From positions 176,452,001 to 176,516,000 of the forward strand of contig NC_042997.1 of NCBI RefSeq assembly GCF_006345805.1: a stretch of DNA of 64,000 bases, written 5' to 3'. The notes below the pieces were generated by a model. That model saw only the letters and a list, made by a program, of their open reading frames with translations, did no database searches and was not told where the DNA came from. A program made the position numbers and the translations under genes. Numbering within the stretch: position 1 is the stretch's first letter; every line of letters starts with the position of its first letter. Origin of the DNA: Octopus sinensis. Lineage: Eukaryota. Shown here in pieces: positions 13,114 through 24,538 of this stretch.

Positions 13114-13335
13114 ATGTTTGTGTGTATCCTTACCTGTGTACCATGTAATGGTTGTAAATGAGCATCATCATGCAAGTGAATTTGTTTGCTTCCATTTCTC
13201 TCTGAAAGACTTCTTGCTTGGAAACAAATGAGGATTGACAACTGAAAGGGCGTCTGGCCATAGAAAATCTGCCTCAGCAAATTCCATCTGACCCATGCAA
13301 GCAAGAATAATTGGACATTAAATGATGATGATGAA
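11555..13335 (+). mobile_element. CORE-type SINE with RTE-derived tail, interrupted by a Tc1 in its (TA)n hinge
   Basis: Head at 11555-11705, microsatellite on both sides of the Tc1, tail ending GACCCATGCAAGC..GGACATTAAATGATGATGATGA. Confidence 0.7.
11773..13031 (-). mobile_element. Tc1-family DNA transposon (DD34E type), full length but with a broken transposase
   Basis: TIRs (C/T)AGGGGTTGGACAAAATAATGGAAA at both ends, TA flanks. N-terminal HTH at 12850-12461 (MTDLSDFQRGQIIG..GVSRSTVSKV). Catalytic segment at 12182-11985 (FQVDNAPIH..WPPQSPDLNIIEHLW). Confidence 0.95.
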
Positions 13336-14789
13336 AGAGACAATCTAAGTAAAGTTACTGAGGCACTACAAAATGACTGAAGAAAAGTCTGAACTTATAA
13401 TCTTGAAATTAGTTGACAAAACATCTTTTCTCATAGTCACTATTCCTATGATAGTGTGGAGACAGACAAATATTTGTATATCAGCTGTTATACTGACAAA
13501 ACTGCTTATGAGAAATAGGATTTGAATGGGACTAAATACCTTGATCAGAATTAAGATAACTTTCTCGGTCTGAGACAATGCAAAGCAGAATTTAGTTTGA
13601 TACTTTGTAGTGTAGATTTTACTTGGAATATATATACTTTTATAAGACATCCTTCCAAAGTCAATATAATCAAAAATATGTCATGTGAATAAATAGATGT
13701 ATAACTTTAAAAATAAATTGTTTTTGTATGAATAGAGTAAGTTAACATATTTCAACAGATGCTGACAAAAATAGCTAAAAAAAAAATGGAGTGGTTGACT
13801 TCCAAATTTATATACTTTTTGCAAATATAAGAAATAATCATAAATATAAAATGTCAGATTGACTTTTTGATGTTAATCAAATAATTTAAATGACACAAAG
13901 AGTAGAAAACATAGGAAGGAATAATGTAAATTTGACAAATAGAAAAATATGAAAGCAGTTCTAATACAAAGGTAATTTTTAGGCAATTTTTATTCTGAGA
14001 GGTGAATAAAACCCTGCCTGAGACCTTATGTTTTAAAAGTTTGTATCTAAATTTAAGCATTCCATCATCATTTAAAAAAACTTTTTGGTAAGTTCTAAAT
14101 GCCAGCTTAATGACAAAGTTTGTTATTTTACTAGATACTTCAAAATTATTTTAAAAATTAGTGTGATTTCATTAGAAATATGGTCAGTTAGATTAAAGAG
14201 AAATTATTGTAATCATTATGTAAGCAAATGATTGGATAGAATATTTGGTTGGTTATGAATTCAAATGTTACTAAGTCCTTAGGTAGATGTGTATTGCAAT
14301 GCATGCAAACATCAAACTTTGTAGGTCTAGATTGCCAGAGTTTACTTAGACTCCCACCATATTTTCTGGCCTCTGGGTACTTTTGATGGAGTTGCATTAC
14401 TCTGACCAGATGATAACCTGGTCTTTTGACATGCAGATCTCAGTGGCACTTTTCTTTACATGGTTCTACTGTTTCTCAGAGTGTGGAAATGAAAAAAGTT
14501 TCTCCACAGGAAGCCCACTATCAGATGGGGTAGGTGCCAAAACCCATGAATACTACTTCAGGAGGCTGCACATCAGCTGACATATTCTGTACCTTCATCT
14601 CTCCTAGTTTGTGACCTGTGCTCCAGTAAGCACATGATTTTAGGAAACCTATATTTAGCTGGGTTACTTAAAGAGTCTAGTGACCACTCATGAGATGTAA
14701 TCTCTCTCCTTTCTTTCTCTAACTCCATGCAGACAGTTGCATCAAGAAGTGCAGACCTCTAATTGTTGAAAGAACATGTAGGAGTAGAC

Positions 14790-15135
14790 CCAGCAAGATG
14801 TGGGACAAAGTGGTGAGAAAAGATCTACAGATTTGGGACTAACAGAGAAGATGGCAGGGGACCCAATACTCCTGATGGTTTGCTGTACTTGAAAAGACAT
14901 GGCAAGCTAAGTAAAAGCGTGGTTACCTTTGCATACAGACTTGTCCCCTGCAACTCTCCAGCTGAGCATCCCTAATCTTGTGGGCTTGTAGGTGCTGGTT
15001 CTACCTAAAAGACACCTAGTACACTTTGTAAAGTGGTTGGTGTTAGGAATCCAAGCTAAAACAGACATGGAACCTTCAGCTGGTCAGCTCCTGTCAAACC
15101 GTCCAACCCATGCTAGCATGGAAAACAGATAAGGA
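14790..15135 (+). mobile_element. RTE LINE 3' remnant
   Basis: TGGGACAAAGTGGTGAGAAAAGATCTA.. followed by the tail AAACCGTCCAACCCATGCTAGCATGGAAAAC. Confidence 0.7.
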
Positions 15136-16535
15136 ACAATGAAATAAATTAAAATAGAATATGAATTAATTTTCTGGACAATTTTCTCCTCTTTTATTAG
15201 TATCTGTGAATTTTGGTCTCACCTGGACATTGCCTTTCATATTTTACTGACATACAAGCAAAACATTCATTTTACTAACACAAAACATCTCTCCTTTATC
15301 TAGCTCATCTCATACCCTCCAGACTACATTTTCTATTCCAAATCTATTCTGTACATAGAATTAACACTTTCTGCTATTCTTCTGTTTCACCTTGATATCC
15401 ACAGTAAATAATTCAGTTAATTTGGCTCAGTTTCCCTTCCTCTCTTCCTTGTGTTCACTACTATAGGTTCTCTAGATCTAAATCTATGAAAGCTATACTG
15501 CTCATAGTAGCCCCTTGCCCATAAGGTTTAATGCAAGTAATGTATTTCACTATGCCTGTCATGAAAACCTAAGTTGTATGCCTATGGATTTACCCAATAT
15601 CTTGTCTCTTTGATTGGAATGTTTCTATCAGTTTCAACCATTGTGGCATGTATTGTCAAAAACCTGCACTGCCTCCATGAACCTAGACCTAAAAAAAAAA
15701 AAAATCATCCAATGAAGATCACCAGTCACTTTCAGCAAACCAAAGTCACAGTCACTATTCATATCTAGGAAACAATCTTGTATTTTGTTTGTTGTAGTCT
15801 TAACTAAAACCCTGAAAGTCCTTACACAATCTCTGGTTTTCTTTCTGGTGACTCCATATAATGTAATGTAGCTAAAACTACATGCCAAATATTAGCTTTC
15901 TTTTTAGAACCAGAAAATACTTAATTTATGATCAGTTTGCTAACCTTATATAAAACTCCTCTTACTGGTCTTATATCTGGAACAGTGTTGCTGCTTCACA
16001 CAACTGTTCTTGTTTGCACCTAAAACACCCACCCATCAATACACAGTACAAATTGTTGATCACATACATGCTTTCTCTTGTTTGCATATTCCATCTCTGT
16101 TATGACAGCCTCTGCATTTTGAAATAGCTAATTGTATACCATTTCAACCCAACATATCCAGTTCTCTCAACTACCCCTAGTCTTTGATTCAACAGTTTTT
16201 AAACCATAATGAAAAAATTAAAAGCACTAAATTTTTGGAAGTAGTTATAATGATAGAAAACAATTTAATGGTATTAGTAAATTAGTTTGATTCTATATCT
16301 TTACTATATTCAAGTACAGTAGTGTTGTCTGAATGCTGAAAGTATTGACATTTTGAATTAAGAATCATGAGTTCCAAACAGCTACCCAAATTTTGGGCTG
16401 GATATTCTAAAAGCAAAATTGTTTTGCTTTAAATTTTGAAGTTGTTTCTATCTTTGTGTAGTTTATTAAACACAATTATTTATTTCGTTTCTTTTTGCAG
16501 TTAATAGATCAAAGTCTTTAAATTTAATTATTTAG

Positions 16536-18150
16536 GGATGCCGCTAGTAAGGTGAGGGTTGGCAATGAGTACAGTGAAGAATTCCGGGTAGAGGTAGGAG
16601 TCCACCAAGGCTCAGTCCTCAGCCCCCTCCTATTTATCATAGTCCTACAGGCAATAACAGAGGAATTCAAGACAGGATGCCCCTGGGAGCTCCTCTATGC
16701 TGATGACCTTGCTCTAATTGCTGAGTCACTATCAGAACTGGAGAAATTTCAGGTGTAGAAGCAAGGATTAGAATCGAAGGGCCTTAGAGTCAATCTAGCT
16801 AAAACCAAAGTCCTAATAAGTAGGAAGGTAGACAAATCACATACGCTTTCAGGTAGATGGCCCTGCTCAATCTGTAGAAAAGGTGTAGGTAGAAACTCTA
16901 TAAGATGCACCAAGTGTAAGCTATGGACACATAAGAGGTGCAGCAATGTCAAAGGAAGGCTAACTAGGAAGATAGTTTTTGTATGTGGCAGATGCTCAGG
17001 AGCAATAAACACTGAAAATACTCTGAGACCAATTTCTGCCACATTCCAGGGAGAAAAACTAGAAATAATTGATAGCTTCCGTTACCTAGGTGACCAAGTC
17101 AGTAGCGGGGGCGGGTGTGCTGAAAGTGTAACTGTTAGAGTAAGAATAGCTTGGGCAAAGTTCAGAGAGCTCTTACCTCTCCTGGTGACAAAAGGCCTCT
17201 TGCTCAGAGTAAAAGGCAGACTGTATGACGCGTGTGTATGAACAGCCATGCTACATGGCAGTGAAACATGGGCCGTAACTGTTGAGGATATGCGTAAGCT
17301 CGCAAGAAATGAAGCCAGTATGCTCCGATGGATGTGTAATGTCAGTGTTCATACTCGACAGAGTATAAGTACCTTGAGAGAAAAGCTGGACCTAAGAAGC
17401 ATCAGTTGTGGTGTGCAAGAGAGACGTTTGCGCTAGTATGGTCATGTGGTGAGAATGGATGAAGATAGTTGTGTGAAAAAGTGCCATACCCTAGCGGTTG
17501 AGGGAACCTGTGGAAGAGGCAGACCCAGGAAAACCTGGGACAAGGTGGTGAAGCACGACCTTTGAACTTTAGGTCTCACTGAGGAAATGACTAGAGACCG
17601 AGACCTTTGGAAGTGTGCTGTGCGTGAGAAGACCCGGCAGGATAAGTGAGTCCATAACCCGGGATGTGCCAGTCGACTTATGCATACCTTTCCTTCTGGG
17701 GACACAAAACTCTACTTGTGAAGACCTGTTGAGGCAAGTGAGAATCGAAATCGATCAACATCAATGGAAATTGCAGCTGTGATACCAGTGCCGGTGGCAC
17801 GTAAGAGAACCATCCGAACGTGGCCGTTGCCAGCGCCGCCACGACTGGCCTCGTGCCGGTGGCACGTAAAAAGCACCATCCATTTGTAGCCGTTGCCAGC
17901 CTCGCCTGGCCCCCGTGCCGGTGGCACGTAAAAAGCACCATCTGATCGTGGCCGTTTGCCAGCCTTGTCTGGCACGTAAAAAGCACCCACTACACTCATG
18001 GAGTGGTTGGCGTTAGGAAGGGCATCCAGCCGTAGAAACATTGCCAGATCAGACTGGGCCTGGTGCAGCCTTATGGCTTCCCAGACCCCAGTCGAACCGT
18101 CCAACCCATGCTAGCATGGAAAGCGGACGCTAAACGATGATGATGATGAT
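16536..18150 (+). mobile_element. RTE-clade LINE, 5'-truncated, relatively young (CpGs retained), ORF broken by nonsense changes
   Basis: GVHQGSVLSPLLF, CPWELLYADDL, GLRVNLAKTKVL, a C4HC3 finger, FRYLG, LHGSETWA, GRGRPRKTW. The 3' UTR has ~63-bp subrepeats and a (GAT)n tail. Only point stops were seen (TAG 16756, TGA 17238 and others). Confidence 0.95.
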
Positions 18151-18559
18151 AGTATAACATTCTCTTATGTTATTCAGTACTCATTGTAATCCATTTCATT
18201 TAAATATTTTGTTATTGCATTCACATGTATTTAATAAGTATTTATAATGTTTCCAAAATGGCACATGAATTGTGAATGCTAGTACTGTAGGTACATGTTT
18301 TATGACCTCTAATTTGCTGTTTAACTGCTTTGAATTTATTTAGCATTTCTCTGTCTAAAATAAATGAGAAATATTTCAGCTGATCTCAGAAAATTAGGTG
18401 CATGTTTCATGAAAAGCAGTCATGTTGTAAACCATACAATGTCCAAAGTGAAAAGATATTTTAATTAAAGTACACAGTGAGTGTTTTTAGTCAATCCATT
18501 TTTAGAATTGGAGAAAAGAAATCATTTAAGTGTCTGTTATTTAACAACCCAATGAGTTT

Positions 18560-19466
18560 AACCAGATTGATTTTCTCAAATGTCCCAGAGGTCCTAGAGG
18601 ATCAAATTAGTTGTAGGGGAGGATGTACAAAAAGTGTAGTAGCTAGGAGTAAGTATAGGATAAAGAAAATTCAGGAAGCTTTTATCTGTGTTGGCAATCC
18701 AAGATCTCTCTCTCCAAATGAAAGGAAGATTGTATGATGCATGTATACGAAAAGCAGTTCTACATGGTAGTGAGATTTGGGCCCTGAATGCAGAGGACAT
18801 GTGAAGGTTAGAGAGAAATGAGGTTAGTATCCTCCACTGGATGAGTAACGTTAGTGTACATGTGCAACTGCTAGTGTGTTGAGAGAAAAGTTAGGTATGA
18901 GAGGAATTGGATGCAGTGTGCAAGAGAGAAGACTCTGTTGGTTTGGTCATGTGATTCAGATGGATGTTGATAGCCTCATGAAGAATTATCAATTACTCAA
19001 AATAGATGGAACTCCTGGAAGAGGGAGACCCAGGAAGACATGAGACGAAGTACTGAAGGATGGTCCTAGGACACTAAACCTTATGGAGGATATGACAAAG
19101 GATTGAAATATCTGGTGCCTTACTGTATTCAAGAAGACTCATTCTCCACAGCAGAAGTACTAATGCTGCTCTGCTTGCTGAAGAGGATTGGTCTGCAAGA
19201 ATCCTGTGCTGGCACCACATAATAGTTCCCATACCAGCACCAGGTAAAAGCACCCATGCCAGTGTCACATAAAAGCACCTGTGCTGGTGCCACATAAATA
19301 GCATCCAACACAATCTGTAAAGTGGCAGGCATTAAGAAGGGCATCCAACTGTAGAAACCAAACCAAATCAGACTGAAACCTGGTGCAGCCCTCCAGCTTG
19401 CCAGCTCTGGTCAAACTATCCAACTCATGCCAGTATTGAAGACAAATATTAAAAGATGATGATGAT
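18560..19466 (+). mobile_element. RTE LINE, older 3' fragment
   Basis: LHGSEIWA, GRGRPRKT, 3' UTR subrepeats and a (GAT)n tail. Confidence 0.85.
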
Positions 19467-20129
19467 AATTGATATGGAATCTTTTTTTGCTGTTTAACAG
19501 AATAAGCACTTCAAATTGAAAGATTACATCTCACTTGTAATTGCTAATTTCAATGATGGTAATAATCAATGATGTATTGGACTTGTTGGTCGATATTCAC
19601 TCAAGTTCACAGTAACAGAAAAAGGTTTTTTGGAATTTCTTTTTCTTTTCTTTTTCTATTTTGTGTGCTGAAAGAATTAATTACCTTACAGAAAATAGTC
19701 ATATAATTTTGAAAGTTAGATAAAATAGATGACAGACCTACGAAAAGGTGGAAAGAAATAAGATAAGGCAGATTTGTTGGTTGGATATATAATATTCATT
19801 TGAGAGATAAGCCAAGTTCATTGGTGCTAAGTTGGTTTGATTGAGCATTAGTTATAAACTGCTAATGAGAAATGCAACATGATAGTGTGGAGAGGCAATT
19901 AATATTTGCAAAGCATTTAACTAGGTTTAGCATGAAAATTATCTAGCTATGTTGCTTGTTTGTTTACACACATCTCTCATTTTTTTGGATTAGATGTTTC
20001 CTGTTTGGAGAACACTTGTGTGGAGTGTCAGTGGATTTTTCCCTGAGCCACATGCTATTGTCTCTGGTATACACTATTCATTCATTGTATGAATGACCAA
20101 CTTGGTGTTGTATACTGTTTCACCATTAT

Positions 20130-20525
20130 TGTTTTAGTATCCATTTCCCATGCTTACATGGGTTGGACATAATTTGTTGAGACAGATTTTTTATGGTCAG
20201 ATGCCCTTCCTGTTGCCAACCCTTACAAGTTTTCAAGTAACTTAATATTTGCTTATGACCAGACATGTTTTCATGCAAGATTGGAAATGGATATCACTAG
20301 CATGATGGTGATATTGTTTACAATTATCATACAATGCCAAGGTGAAGACAGTAACACAGATACACACAATGAGTTTCTTTCAGTTTCCATCTGCTAGATC
20401 CACTCAAAAGGCTTTGGCCTGCATGGGATTACAGTAGAAGACACTTGCTCAAGGTACCATGCAGCAGAACTGAACTCAGGACCAAATGGTTGGGAAGCAG
20501 ACTTCTTACTACACAGCTATGCCTT
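20130..20525 (-). mobile_element. CORE-type SINE with RTE-derived tail
   Basis: Tail at 20130-20290 and head at 20370-20525, homologous to the other copies. Confidence 0.7.
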
Positions 20526-20995
20526 CTTGATCATGTAAGCAAAGGCACCACATTCAATTTAAATACCTCACAGCAGACATGATCAGTTGTTAACCCTCTA
20601 TGAAGCTGAAGTAAGAACACTAAAGTACCACTTACATCTGAATGGGTAGTGCTGTATATCACTATACTGGGTCACATCCAAAAGTAGGCTGTTTGACTAA
20701 CAGAAAATTCACTTACTAATACACTTCAGCTGTCTACCAATACATTGATCCTTTTCTTTATTACTACAACAATAACTTCTGCTTCTCTGAACTAGTTGCT
20801 GCACATTCTTTCCTCTGTTCTCTCTTGTCTTTCACCCACCTATTACTTTTACTGTCTCATATCATAGACCCTATACACGAGATGTTTTTTTTTTTTTCAG
20901 TCCTTCCTTCCTAGAATTGTAAACCTTTAGAGATTCCACATTTTTCCTTGAGACTGACCTGCAGATGTTACAGTTGACATTTATTACGTCAACTA

Positions 20996-21884
20996 ATAGG
21001 TACATTCCAGAAGCTTTCTGACATTTTTCAGGAGATTTATTAAAATCAAAGAAGTATAAAATTCTAATCTCTGCCAAAATATGATACCCTGATTTTAATC
21101 CACTTGTGCATTCTGGCCACTTTGAGAAGGTCCCATAGAAGTCCTTCAAAGTAAAGGTGCTCAGGACCCTTGTCTCAAGCCTCCTTCATTTTTGAAATGA
21201 CAGCTCCTCAGGTTCTTCTTTAGTTTGGGGAACAACCAAAAGTTACAGGAAGCAAGGCCCTGATTGTAGGGAGGATGAGGAACAGTCTTTATGACCATCT
21301 CTGACAAATAGATGGTTACCAGGATGCTCAGTTATGAGCATCCTGGGAACAAACTTGGCACAAATTTTGCACATGTTCAGATATTTATGAATAATTCTGT
21401 GTACAGTTGTCATACCAACTTCAAATTATATGATTATTTTCTTTATAGATAGGACAGTTTTCATCCAAAAAATTGTGAATTTTCTCAATCAGCTCTAATG
21501 TTTGGATGACTTTTTCTATCTCACACCTCATTGTCTCACTCCCTCTCTACCATTTTTTGAACTTCTTGTGCCAGTAAAAAAGTTAATCCATAAGTAGTCT
21601 GGTGCATTTCATAGTTTCTGTAATGTTTTTGTCCTGTTTAACACAAAACTTTATAGCAATAGTAAGCTTTAAAATGTCCTGACTGCATTCTGAAAACTAG
21701 TCAGCTGTGACTAGTGTGTGTTTAGTAGAGTGTGTTCAAAGTGCTGTTACAACCATCTCCTTCAGTCTGGAATAACAAAAGTTGGCAGGTCAGCTTCTTA
21801 GATTTATAGTAATGATATGCTAAAATTACAATAATCTGGGACAATTATGACTGCCTCTCCTAAAACCTTCTGGAATGTAACCTG
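20996..21884 (-). mobile_element. Mariner derivative, internally deleted (~0.89 kb)
   Basis: Imperfect TIRs (AGGT[T]ACATTCCAGAAG) with TA flanks. The minus strand reads VHRIIHKYLNMCKICAKFVPRML (WVPR.L-type motif) and C-terminal DFYGTFSKW; the central catalytic region is missing. Confidence 0.75.
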
Positions 21885-23172
21885 TATATCAATCTTACCA
21901 GTTTCAGAAGAGCTATAATGGATATAATTACTGCCACCTTTCATCATCTTACTATCTTATGAAACAAAATTGTAATGGAGAACTAGTGAAGAAATATTAC
22001 AAACTTGAAGGTTTTTCAGTAATCTTTATTCTTTAGTTTATCAGTATTGTAATATTATTGATTTATTATCTGATTTGAATTTGGAGACATCTACAATAAT
22101 AATATTTATTTTTGTTTTTATTTGTTCTAAAACATAAAATTTGTTTCAAGTTCTTAAAGCAAATTTTGGAGTTGATAAAATGCCAATGAATTCCTTGGGT
22201 AGACATGCCTTTCCCATACTTTGTGATATTAAGACTGTAGAAATCATGATTATAATAATAAGTTCATGAATTTTTTTTTTTTTTTTGCTTTAGTTTGTAT
22301 TTAACTGGTTAACTACAGAAACTAGGTTATTTATATTTTTAATATTAGATTATGTTCTGTAAACCATTTTCATGTTTAAAAAATTTACCTCTAACAGATA
22401 ATTAAAAATATTAGATTTAAGTATTGGAAATTTTATTAGTCCACTTGTTTTGGAATTGCATGTATTGAAAACAATGAAATGGAAAAATGTTTTCAACCAC
22501 TTCATATTGTGAATTAGCTTTTGTTACATTTTTTAATTTCACAGAATTTTTGAATTCATCTTCTGCTTCCAGGGATTTATTTGGTTGTGACGATAATGAA
22601 ATTTAGTTACATTCTTCTCAATATTCAGGTTATCTCAGACAATGTCAGTACTTTGAATATGCTGGAAATATTTTATTTTACATTAGTAGATATTTTGAAG
22701 CATTGTAGTCTTCATAAATTTTATTATAAATGTAATGCTTAAGTCATATACTTATTTTTACTATTAGCACAATTGTGCTTTTTCTGGTAAAAGATTTTTT
22801 TTTTGGCAACAATAAAGTGAACATCTGCCTCATGAGCTATGTGTTTAAAACAAGTAATATAATTGGTGGATTAGTATTTTTTATGACCCTTTCTCTAAAG
22901 TACTGATGTTGTGTCTAGTGAGAAGAAATCAATATCTATGTGAAGTAGATGATCAATGGAGATTGCTATAATAAAATTACTTCAAACTAAATATTTTATT
23001 GTATCAAGTTAAATATCTAATTTTTCTGAGTTTAAATCATGCAGGTGCAAATACATGTACCAGTAATACATTTAGGACTAAATACTTACAATTCCATACA
23101 AAAGCCAAAATTAATCTTGTGCATATGATAAGCAAGTATTATTCTTTAACATACTCTATTTTCATCTTCCAG

Positions 23173-23373
23173 CTCATATTCGAGATCCCAACAATGTCCT
23201 TCACTCAATACATAACTTGAAAATAACAGTGAAAGATTTGAACACACCTCCCCCACAACAAGCTGTTGCTCGGAAAATGATGACCGATACTGTAGCTAGT
23301 GCCCAGCCTCAGCTATTGGATGGCAATCAAAGAAATGTTATCTCTGTGGGTGATTATGATCTGCAGCTAAGTG
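23173..23373 (+). CDS. TRAPPC8: TRAPPC8 coding exon 2 (201 nt, phase 1-1)
   Basis: Acceptor TTTTCATCTTCCAG and donor GTG|GTAAGT. Encodes (A)HIRDPNNVLHSIHNLKITVKDLNTPPPQQAVARKMMTDTVASAQPQLLDGNQRNVISVGDYDLQLS, compared with human VHMRDPNNQLH...GDYDLNIS. Confidence 0.95.
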
Positions 23374-24538
23374 GTAAGTTACAAAGTTATTATTACAATG
23401 TGAGAGAGAGGTAGCATTATAAAGGCTTTATACATCTCTGAATAACGAACTTAAGTAATTTAAGTTTTTAAATATGGTAATTTTGCATGGCTTATGTATA
23501 ATATTGTACAACTATTTAGTAATCTTTTTTTATTTCTATTTTGATAAGTACAGAGAAGTCTGTACTTTCGCTGGAAAGGTCTGATGAGACTGGAACATGT
23601 CTAGACTTGTTTCTCACATTTGCAGAAATAATTAAAATAATAATAATTATTGAACTAATGCTTTTTTTTGCCCTTAATATATACTTATTTTAAATTGTTT
23701 TTTTATACTCACTTTATATATAGTTGAGTGTCTCACTGAATTGATTTCACTTACTATTCAAACTAATTTTGGTGTTTGTCCTTTCAAGATTATTGATTAA
23801 AAGAGATGATTTTTAGAATGTCTTTGTTTTACCTCAGATTAGTCCTGATTGAGGAGACCTGTGATAAAAGGCATTTTCTAGGTAGTGTGTATTTAGGATT
23901 ACATTATTCACTGCATGTTTTCCTTTGATAAGACAAGTAAATGTGAAAGGATGGATGGAGATTGATGATTTCAAGCAGATTAAGGAACTATGTAGAAGTT
24001 TCTTCTTTTGTTGACGTAGTTTTTAGTTTGTTGTTGAGCCCCAAATTAGCACTGATTAAGTAAACCTCTGATGAAAAGATTCCAAGTGTGATCAAAACAA
24101 TATTTGAGATACATTGGGTGTGAAACAGTGATTTATCTAACTTATATGGTGATTATTCTCCTGAGTAGTATTCGAAGTCCATGTCGGTTGGTCACTAATT
24201 TATAACGATGTTGATTATCTGGTTTATAATGGTTTTGACTTGGAAAAGATAATAAATATAGATGTTTATTGAGTAGGAATCTATGGTGATAAACCCGTCA
24301 CTTATAACTTAATTATAAGTATTATCACTATACATAAATCTTAACTCAGGCTGTTAAAAGGCTGTGATGAATTATACACACCAAGATGCGGAACATGCAT
24401 GTGTGTTGAAGATAAATAAAGCTCGCTCTTTTTCACTGCTATAAGTTTCATAGTTGCAGAAATAAATTTCATTAACAGGTTGAAGAAAATGAAGAAAGAG
24501 AAATTATTTACTAAATTAGTTTATTTAATTTCATTTAA

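Noticed and set aside
17788-17990. CRISPR-like look: a ~25-bp direct repeat with ~37-41-bp intervening segments
   Set aside because: The 'spacers' resemble each other (ATC..GTGGCCGTTGCCAGC), the array lies in a LINE 3' UTR in a eukaryote, and there are no cas genes.
22547-22610. Acceptor followed by EFLNSSSASRDLFGCDDNEI-stop in phase 1
   Set aside because: No convincing donor and no supporting features.
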